A stretch of 64,000 nt of DNA from Antedon mediterranea. Taxonomy: Eukaryota > Animalia > Echinodermata. The notes beneath the pieces were generated by a model. That model was given only the letters and a program-made list of their open reading frames with translations, was not told the DNA's origin and did no database searches. This document shows positions 48,776 to 59,000 of this stretch, in pieces. The stretch spans positions 5,146,001 through 5,210,000 of the forward strand of contig NC_092673.1 of the NCBI RefSeq assembly GCF_964355755.1, given 5' to 3'. Position 1 is the stretch's first letter; each line of letters starts with the position of its first letter. Position numbers and translations under genes: made by a program.

Positions 48776-50989
48776 GTCAGCGCCTAAAAACCGCGACTAG
48801 AAGACTTCTCGGAAACAACCGAACAATCCGGTTTAACATTTATATTATCCTTGAACTTTCCTATTTTTTACCACCATGAAAACCAATGATTGCATTCATA
48901 ATAATGATTTGTAAAAAAATCCCCACGATTCCACTGCTGAAACGACATGTTTTAAGTGCATCCGGATGTCGGAACGCTAGTATAAATTTCGTGTACGGTT
49001 GAGAATCTTACACATTTGAATACGTTAGGTGATCTATCTATCAGCAGCGTGCAGCATCGTCTACATCCTAAAAGTAAGTAACCAAAAACTCGCTTAATAG
49101 TGAATTTGTTTACAAAAGTAGTGTTTTAAACTTTAATGTTATTTTGTCAACTGTGTGAAAAAATTTTCGATACCAATCGCGCGAAATGTTAAACCTTGTT
49201 TTCTCTGCTGATTTTTTAGACTGTATTTGGCCTGCCTAACTATATACTGTTATTATGTCGCAATTCTGATCATTGCGATTATTTTAATAATGTATTAGAA
49301 TTGAATACATTTTCTTAATTCCCAATACGAAATAATGTCTCTTTCTCCTTCATCTGAAATTAGTATCAGAGATGTATTTGCGGTTAGAATTTACTAAAAT
49401 CGAAGTTTATGTTGGTGTATATCGGGGCGTGGTCGTCTGCTAAAGCCTAATTATGTAGCCTATACTTTCTTATAATGTCGTTAATACAGGAATTATGGAT
49501 TCTAGTATTAGTATATGCCTGTATCTTTTAAGGTGTTTTTTTCTTCTAAAACCATGTTTTCAAAGGTGATATCAGTAGGCTACAGTATCATTTTAGATTT
49601 TATAGACCTAATAGAGTTGATCTCCCCCAACAATTTATGCCGTCCATGTTCATACACTCCAAGACATGGAATTAAGAGAATGGAATCCAAATTTCCAAAT
49701 GTCTGCTGCTATAGTAATTACACGGAATCCATTTCTGTTTATACAACACGCCAACGTAGAACATTTACTCGACTCGCAATAATATCAAGACATGTAATTG
49801 CGGGTATGTTCAGACTCACGGAGTAACGGTGGGGTTATGTAAGCGGCGTACATATAATTGTGTCTGAACCAGTCCGCGGATTAGCGTTATAAGGAGCTGT
49901 TACTCCGCGCCAGTGGCGTTAATAACTCTAGCGGGAGTAGAGAGGGTAGATTTAATAACGCTAATCCTGTGATGAATCAGTGATTTTAACTCCCGTTTTA
50001 ACCTTAACCAATTTGTGGCTGTCTCTTTTCTAACGAGACCTCTGTCCTCTAACCTGTGATGAGTTTTGTAAATTTGTAGGTACAGTATTATTCAAATAAT
50101 GAATGTTTATGAGTGTAGGCCTAATGGTACAAACTAATGGCATGAGGTGAAAGATGAAAGGTGATATTTCAACGAGGCGACAGTCGAGTTGATATATAGG
50201 GCCTACCCTTTCATCATTCACCAAATGCCATTATTTGTACCATTACACGAATATAAAACACTCTTTATTTGTTTCATATAACATATAAATATAGATTCCT
50301 GTCATTTGAATCAAATGAAAGGTAGGCCTAGGCCTGCATTTGATTCACATTGATTTAAACAGTAACATAAGGTTTTTAATAATAATATTAAATATTATTA
50401 TTTATATGACATAAACTATTCACAAACAATTTCAATATTTAAGGCTGCTCTAACAAAACACTATATTTCATGTTATGTATAGTTTATTTGTATTTTTCTT
50501 GTATATGGTTTTAACTGGTTTTATTGTATAGAGTGAGTGCAGAATATGTTTGGGCTTTAGCCTATAGCTAGGCCTAGGCTGAAAGACAGCAATACGAAAT
50601 TTCGACAGGCAACTGGAAATTATCTAGGCTAATAATGTTTTTCAAATGATTCCCATTAATTAATCAAAATCCTAAAAACAATCTAAAGCTAATTTAAGCC
50701 AAAGTATAAAAAAAATATTTTCCAAACGCGAACAAATTTTTTTTTTCGTACACAACAAAAAAGTACTATTAAACGATTATTTAATAGTTCGTACTATTGC
50801 ACGCCATGTTCAAATACCAACGTCAGGGTTCAATCATCCTGAGGTGCCAGGGTTGTAACTTGGACTTCCTCTCTCTAAGCCTCGAATTTATAAGCACGAA
50901 ATTATAAATTAGTTTATCCATCCTTTCGCCTACAGTATTGAACTAGTATACAATATACAGTATACAATTTACATATAATGTATTATTGA

Positions 50990-51700
50990 ACTGCAAAACG
51001 TTCTTCAGTTATGGAAAAAAAAGAAATCTAACTTTCTTTGGAAGGATAACAATCATCAAAACGCTTGCAATCTCTAAATTAGTTTATAACGCAAGCATAA
51101 TTAAAGTACCCTTAAATATAATTCCATTTGTTCAAAAAAATACTTTATAATTTTCTGTGGTGTGGCCAACGTGAAATAATTTAAAGACTTGTTCTTATAA
51201 AAAAATAAAAAAAAGCATGCGAAGGTGGCTTGAGTATGATAGATTTCAACTCCGTAATAGATTCATTAAAACTAACATGAATAAATCCAGGATCCAGGAA
51301 AATGGGAAAATATTCCTAAATAGGCCTACTTTATGTATCCAATAGAATACACTTATGTGCTACTCAGCTTAACTTTGAAGATCATATTGACTTGAATAGA
51401 ATGCCTGATTTTTATGTATCAATGTTAAAATCAGCGGTTAAGTTGAATAATATTGTTAGTGTAGTTCCACAAAATATAGAAGACATTTTAAAACAACCAT
51501 TTTGGGAAAATAAATATATAATTTCCGCAAGTGGAGAATCTCTTTATTTTAAAATACGGTTGCATTCTAAATACAAATCGGTATGTGACATTATCGTTAA
51601 TAACAGATTTTTAACTTTGGATGAGGTGATACCTACTTTAATCAATAAACAAAAAGGACGAATATTTTACGCTCTTGCTTTCAATTCCAAGTTATTGGAA
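50990..51700 (+). mobile_element. Degenerate L1/Tx1-like LINE ORF2 fragment in intron 1 of Ly6 copy B
   Basis: Post-RT motifs RNLTFFGRITIIKTLAISKLVYNA, FLW, EGGLSMIDF, and MPDFYVSMLK...ILKQPFWEN. Frameshifted. Confidence 0.7.
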
Positions 51701-51722
51701 AGAAAACATCTTTACTTCAATA

Positions 51723-52542
51723 AACAAGGCCAACAGCCATTAAGTCGCGTGCTACAATGCATAGTGATACCGGACCGACAGACAGACCGACAGACCGACA
51801 GACAGACAGACAGACAGAGAGACCGACCGACCGACATAGTGAACTATACTGACCGAAATTACTGAACATGTTTAAAAATGTTGAAATGTTTAAAAACATT
51901 TATTTTTTTTTAATTTACACGTGCGTAGCCTGTCACTTTCGACGTGCTCGTATAACGTAATTTCGAGTTGAAAAGTAAGTCAAGAAAACATAAATCGGGC
52001 AAAAAGAGTTCGCAATAACATTTAACGCGCAGTGCGCGCGCAAAAATATGCGCACTCATGGCAATTTTGTAAACGCTTAAAATTGCCTGAAATGTACTCT
52101 TATTTCATCGAAAATAAATTTTGAAAATGTTAAGCGCGCGTACGCATGCGTTACATGCGCTACGCACGTAATTGTATTGCCATATGATGATATTTTATGC
52201 CCTGAAATTTATGAGTACCAAATTTTATTTAATTGTGATTCATGGTTGTGAAGATATGATTACAAACGTGATTTCGTTAAATTGTGCGTAGACCGCGTAA
52301 TTTTTTATTGCGCACCGTGAAAACATAACCACATTGATTCCTGGCCATAAGGAATATACTGTGAGAAATTGACCTAGCTAGATTAAACTGATATCAAGAT
52401 AAGGTCAGAAAGCGATAAAACGCATAGTGATACCGGACCGACAGACAGACAGACAGACCGACAGACAGACCGACAGACAGACAGACAGACAGACCGACCG
52501 ACCGACATAGTGAACTATAGAGTCGCTTCCACGCGACTAAAA
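51723..52542 (-). mobile_element. Helentron-associated non-autonomous element (HINE/DINE-1/pearl type)
   Basis: On the minus strand: TTTTTAGTCGCGTG start, subterminal IR CACGCGACT, (GTCT/GTCG)n microsatellite in two core repeats (51760-51848, 52423-52519), and a GGCCTTGTT end. Confidence 0.7.
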
Positions 52543-52661
52543 ATTATCAATTTGATCTCTGGTGCGCGTGCGTACAACTGAGGACTAGTGCTGTTCCGCC
52601 GTACCACGCCGAGAATGTTAAAAGAGTCGCTATCCAATCGAGTTCGAACAATACCATGAAA

Positions 52662-52733
52662 GCCCCAGTGGTCTACTGGTTAGGACATCTGCATATCAAG
52701 CAGACGGTCCGAGTTCGAGTCTCGGTTGGGGCG
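52662..52733 (+). tRNA. tRNA-like cloverleaf with anticodon ATC (Asp-like); probably TE-associated or a pseudo-tRNA
   Basis: Acceptor stem GCCCCAG/TTGGGGC, D arm GTCT..GGAC, anticodon stem TCTGC/GCAGA with loop ATATCAA, T arm CCGAG-TTCGAGT-CTCGG, discriminator G. A and B boxes present; followed by a T5 Pol III terminator. Confidence 0.55.
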
Positions 52734-52906
52734 ACTTTTTCTCATTCTCGCAGATTTTCTCATCTTTATCGTTTCAAATTAATTAATTAAATTTCAGTAT
52801 ATCACCGGGCGGTTAGTATACAATTTAGATATTATTTCTTCACAATAAATCAATGGATCTTTTGATTTCATTTTATAGGTTTAAGATACTATTCACACTC
52901 ATCATA

Positions 52907-54552
52907 ATGGATTCGAAGTTGTTTTTAGCTGCTACTGTTGTCTTGTGCACATTTGGTAAGTGTGAAGATGGGTCCCATTTAGAGGCTCGTTCACATGGGC
53001 TTCTAAGTTACCGGAATAAAACTGTGTTCTCACTAGAGATGCAACGCAAGGACGTAAGCTCAACGCAAGCGAGTTGACCAATGAAAAGTGACAGTGTTCG
53101 TATATAATTTATCGTGTCGCGTGATTGGTCAAATCACTTTTGTTTGCGTCACTATTGTGACGACGCAACGCGAGAACAATACGCGAAACCACGTAATTTT
53201 ACTATCCGAACTGTCCATGTAATTGGTCAATTATATTACATGCGTTAGGTGTGACATGCGTTCAGCCTAGTAAAGCGTGGTTCCCACTGGCGACGCAATG
53301 CAAGGACGTAACGCAACGCAAGTGAATTGACCAATCACAGGCGATGGCTTATTCGCTTGTGATTGCTAACTGTCTATAACTTCGCTTGTCATTGGTTGAA
53401 ACGCTTGCGTTGCGTTTACATCCTTGCGTTACGTTCTAGTGGGAACCAAGATTCGGTGTTTTAACAACATGCCCCGACCTGACCATTAGTAAAACATTAT
53501 TTTCCTATAAGAAAAAAGTTTTTTTCGACGCTTAGTCTGCTTCCCGCCAGCTGCTTATTTTTTTATAGGCCTAGGTGGTTCGTTGAAAAAATAACCTTAA
53601 TATTATCAATATTCCTACTCATGTACGATACTAATTGAAATTCTGAATTTTTCTAGGTGTTAGTGACGCTTTTATGTGTTACAATTGCACTCAGGGTTTA
53701 AATGATGATTGCGGAGAAGTGTTGGTGAATCCAGAGAATATCCCGCAGGTTTCCTGTTCTGGAATATGTGCGGTAAGCTCCGGACTAAATATTATCATTG
53801 GTTATGTATTAATAATGTTAAATATAATACAGTACAGTATAACTATTTGCACATTAAGTATATCACCTGTATAGAGATACATACAAGGGGCGCAAAAGTC
53901 GTCCACTTGATAAATACCTCGTCCCTCCCTGGTCCCAGATATTTTTCTGCCATATTAAATTTTTAGAAACCTAAACATGTGCACTTTAAAGAACCTGGTA
54001 CATCTTTCGAGATGAGTTACCCCGGTGTACTAGTCCACACAAACACATCCACTGTCACACACAGTCACTGTGCAATTGGGACTGGACCGTTTTTAGAGGT
54101 GTTTACCACCTGTTGGTCCCATCCTTCACTAATAGTGTTAGTGAAAAGTTATCGATCGAATGTATCAATTGGTAATTTTCATGTGTATATTGGCATTTAC
54201 TTTAATTTTGATTTAATTGATAAAACGAAATATTGAATGAAACACAAAATGCATGTCTTTATTATTGCAGACTATTCAACAAACCGCGTCTATCATTGGT
54301 CAAGAAATAGTTCTATATACTAGGACTTGCTTAGATGAAGTTGAGTGTACCGACGGGTGTTCGGACCTTTCAGAAGCCAGTATTAGTATTGCAGACGTTA
54401 CAGCCTGTTACAAATGTTGTACTACAGATCTTTGCAACGATGCTTATACCGAGCAGGTTATGACCACACCAAACCCTAACAACGCCTGTAGCAATGCTGT
54501 TAATATTCTTACCACACTGTTTACGCTCTTCATTTTTAAAACAATGGTTTAG
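52907..54552 (+). CDS. Ly6/uPAR (three-finger) predicted GPI-anchored protein, copy B, 148 aa
   Basis: Coding exons 52907-52955, 53657-53772, 54271-54552. Same exon structure as copy A, CCTTDLCN motif, and last 31 aa identical to copy A. Putative non-coding exon 1 ends at 49073; TATAAAT at 48981. Confidence 0.88.
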
Positions 54553-55673
54553 AACTGTTTCATTTTGTGTTTAGAAATGTACAAAAACAAAATTGTTATA
54601 CCCAAAATTATAAATTTTTTTTAAACAATGGCTTCGATCCCTTTTCATTATTAGGCCGGATACCGTAAACGTGTTTTTTTATATTTTCATTTTTATTAAA
54701 ACACATTTTTAATCAGTCTAACATCTTTATGTTTTTTAAGATGTAAGAGAATATTTCTTTGAAACGGAGCGGATTTTGAAAATAATAAATGCATTCGCTA
54801 TGATTGTTCAAAGAAAGTTTTTCTTTATTGTGACATACTTGGTGGCGTACTCCGGTCTGTGTTGCTCAAGCATGACGTCATTAGAACTATTAGGCCTTTC
54901 ATAAATTTGTTTTCAAAGTGCGGATAGGGTGGTGGCTGAGGTAACAATTTGAGCTTGGTGTTATAGAAAGATCAGTTTCGTTAGTAATGTCGCTGCCGAT
55001 GTATTTCAATTTTTGAAAATACTGTACTTTCGGTTAAAAAGTAAGTTAATCATCTGATAGATTGTAAACGGACAGAGAGGAATGGAAAATTCGGAAAACA
55101 CTATTCCTTCATTGGAGATATTTATAAAGCATAATAGAAAAGGGAAATTTCGAGCAAATACTACAGATCTCATGTCGTCACAATTAAAAAAGTGTTATTT
55201 TGGAAAAAAAACATGATCCGTATAATGTAAACTATCTCATCAAAAGAATATGTTTTATTTTTTCAAAGAAATAAATATTTTTATATAAAAAAAGTGTTTT
55301 CTTGGTATCTTTTTTTTTCTATCTACCCTTGACACAATTTCCAAAACAACGATGAATTTTAGGACATGACACTGGGTTAAGACAGGAGAAACTACCAGAT
55401 TTATAAAAAAAAAAAAAAACAATTTGGATTCATTATAGGCCAAATAAACTTTTGCTATACACTGTGCACTCATCAAAGAAGGGAGAAAAACGAAGAACTG
55501 ATCACGGAACTGATGCATTACTATCAATAAAGCTTGGTTCTCACTAAAGCTTGGTTCCCACTAGAACGTAACGCAAGGACACGTAAACGCAACGCAAGTG
55601 AATTGACCAATCACAAGCGATGGCTTATTCGCTTGTGATTGCTACTGTCTATAACTTCGCTTGTCATTGGTTA

Positions 55674-55947
55674 AAACGCTTGCGTTGCGTTTACGTCCTT
55701 GCGTTACGTTCTAGTGGGAACCAAGCTTATAAACGCTTGCGTTGCGTTTACGTCCTTGCGTTACGTTCTAGTGGGAACCAAGCTTATAAACGCTTGCATT
55801 GCGTTTACGTCCTTGCGTTACGTTCTAGTGGGAACCAAGCTTATAAACGCTTGCGTTGCGTTTACGTCCTTGCGTTACGTTCTAGTGGGAACCAAGCTTA
55901 TAAACGCTTGCGTTGCGTTTACGTCCTTGCGTTACGTTCTAGTGGGA
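55674..55947 (+). repeat. 57-bp tandem repeat (~4.8 copies) derived from a MITE right end
   Basis: Unit AAACGCTTGCGTTGCGTTTACGTCCTTGCGTTACGTTCTAGTGGGAACCAAGCTTAT starting at 55674, 55731, 55788, 55845 and 55902. Confidence 0.95.
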
Positions 55948-56089
55948 AGGCTTACTACTGTACCAATCACTGTATAAAGAGAATGAAATTAATGAATATA
56001 GCGCCATCTATCATTGGTGGCGATTGAGGAAAAGTTCACAGAAAAAGTTGCTGAGTAAAGTCGCAGGCTTTGAAAAGTCAGTGGGAAGT

Positions 56090-59000
56090 ATGGCGGCTAC
56101 TGAGGTTCAGACGACTTCTGTAGGAAATACAGGGCCTCAAGCAGTCCAAAATAATAAATCAGAGTTAGATCAATTGAAAGAGATCGCTAAAAAAGGTAAT
56201 GTTTTACTAGGCGAAATATAGGCTTAGTGTGGTTTTGTTGTATGTAGAAATAGAGCAGGCGATCATATAGCCCATTACTTCCGGGTCTAATTATACGGGG
56301 ACACAGGATGTGATTGCTATATCTAGTGCTGCTTAGAGATTTATTAGTGTGCTAAGTAACAAACGTTTAACTAACTATGCAGTACCAATATATATATGAA
56401 ACAGCCTAGTACCTAAACCAGGTGGTTGTTGATTAAGATATAGGTTTGAAAGAAGCGAATCAATAGTTTTTAAATAAACATTATTTTTTAAAAATGCATT
56501 TTGTTTTGGGAATGCCATGTCACACTACATGTGCAAAGCACAGCCTACCCATTTTGATTTTTGTTTCAAGAAGTTAATTCTAAGCTGTTAATTAAATACT
56601 GTATTACTTTCTTACTTTTACAAGTACATTTGTACCAATCGGTTTGTATATTGTTACAGTACTATAAACTGCTGTGTTTAGGCTAATAACTTTTTGGAAT
56701 ATATACTTTATTTTTTTAAAGAAAAACTTGCATTATAATTTACATACAATATTTTTTAAAGCAGTGAACAAAGTATACCAATGTATAATTTGCATAAATT
56801 ATAACTATAAGTATCAAATACCAATAGGAGTAAATCGTGAATGTTACGGTAGTCCAAAACATAAATATAGTATTTTTAAAAGCAGACCTGGTTCCCCCAC
56901 TTGACATAAATTTAGCCTTATTTGAAATAGTGTGACATAGCCAAGCCAGGAAATACACAGGGCTTCCTATCTCGGTCAACATGCACGGTCTTCACCATCG
57001 AACACATCGTTGAAAACTATATATTAGTCACCTTATGTGCTCTCGTAAGAAACACTGTTTACGAGCAATCAATGTTTCTGTACAGGAAAAATAAGTTTGT
57101 CAAGTACGCTGTTTAAGGTGTACAGTACAGTTCTCGTTCATTTGTTGTTCAATCGTCTAGTCCTTCATTATGGCTCCTGTGTCGCGGTTAGCTGAAGCCG
57201 TCAGCTCAGTGGCTTTCAACAACAGATCATTTTCTATCTTTGGTAGACATTATCTTTATAATTTTTCTTGTTCTTCTATCCACATTGATTGCTTTTTAAG
57301 AATTTTAAACCATCGGCCGATATTCCTAACATAGATAATGATATTTAAATATTTTATACATTTTTTTTATCTTAAAAATTAACATCACAATTTGTTTTTA
57401 TTTTAGCTTTACAGGAACATGAAGAGTTAAAGAAGAAGTATGAAGAGAGTCAAAGGATTCAAACATTATTGAAAAATCAACTGGTTTTCAAGGAACAGGA
57501 ACTGATAAAAATCCATAATGGTATGTTTTAATGTTAATAGCATAAGAATTTACATAGTTGTCATTTTTTGTAGTTGAAACATCCCATCCATCTCCCCTTT
57601 TCTTAAATAGAGAGAAAACAGTTCCAAGCTGTAATTTGTTCACTTGGCTAAATAATAAATGATGTATGCTCCTGCCTTCTCTCTACCCTTCTATTTCATC
57701 TCCTACCTACTGTATGTTTTATAGTGGTAGTTAGTTAATATTTATTGTCATCAGACTTTGGGGGTGTTTTTGTAGACTTACCAATGACGTCACGATTTCA
57801 AATGACTCCCTTTGTTGTTAACAGACACCACAAACAAGCGTTTGTTATAATATATTATATAGGCATTCATGAATATATTTTATAACATACTTTACAAAAG
57901 AGTTTGTCCAACCAATATGCACATGTAAAACAGTAGAATTTGGGCCAATTAAAAGAGTGTTGGTTTGTTAGGAAATCTATTGATATCTTGACAGCCTAGA
58001 TCAGTGGTGGCGCCAGCGGGGGGGCTACGGGGGCTCTAGCCCCCTTGTCGGGAAGCCTAGCCCCCCGTCGGGGAACACGGTTTGGTGTTGGTTGGCTTTT
58101 AATGTTTTTCAGTTTGGTTATTCTGCTTTTTTCTTATGTCAAACAATACACTTTATGGTGATTATTAAACCATAAGGTGCCTCATTTTGTGGTGAAATCT
58201 CAGTCTATTGTACAGCGCAAATGCATACATTTTCTGTATTGTGTATGTTTTGTTTACATAATGATCGACCTTCGTGTTTACTTACTTTTCACAATGCTGT
58301 TCTGGATGCTTTCAATTCTTGCTATTTGACTTATAGCGTCGGATTATTCCAACTAGGAGTCGATTTTATGCCTCTGCAAATCAAAATACAAATAATATGA
58401 ACAGTAAATGTGCGGAGCAGAATACTGTTGCGTAGACAAACTTTAGAATAGAAAACCATAACAAACCGTTTGAAATTTTCATCAATTTCCTCCTGTGTTG
58501 AATGGCTGTCAACAACACAGGATCTCTTCATAAAATGTATATAATCCAATTATTATGTCATATGTAATGGAAATTATCTGACTTAATATTGAGCCTACAT
58601 TAAAGTTTTCTTCGGTAAAAAATGTCAAATTTTCTTAGGTAAAAAAGTTATCATTTCAAAATTGTCCCCCTGAAAAAAAATTCTTGAAAAATATTTTGTT
58701 GAATATGTCATTTTAATGTTGATTAATAGTTACCCAATTTGACAAAAAAATTAGTATTTATTTACTTGATCATTTACACATTTATTTACTGTACCATATT
58801 TTCGTAGATCCAAAGTGTAGTAGGCGCTATCAGTTAGATGATTGAAACATTATAGTTTTCACTTTATAAATAGGATACACTGTTAATTCATTCAGTGATT
58901 AAAAAAGGAAGTAATTAAAAATTGTAATCTATGTCATTGTTTGTGGGTTATAGTCCCGTTCTAGGTAATACGTTTTAGTTTAGTTATAATTATTGTGAAC

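Larger units (their letters stand above)
42390..56016 (+). repeat. Segmental tandem duplication, unit B (contains Ly6 copy B)
   Basis: Example matches: 42421 ACGCAATCATAATGAA vs 30028 ACGCAATCATTATGAA; promoters 48960-49080 vs 34900-35015; 3' flanks 54760-55520 vs 39165-39960. Confidence 0.85.

Noticed and set aside
51392-51865. 157-aa ORF
   Set aside because: Chimeric read-through from the LINE relic into the HINE microsatellite (DRQT repeats); not a host gene.
55620-56027. 135-aa ORF with 19-aa repeats (and overlapping 92-aa ORF)
   Set aside because: Translation of the 57-bp MITE-derived tandem repeat.
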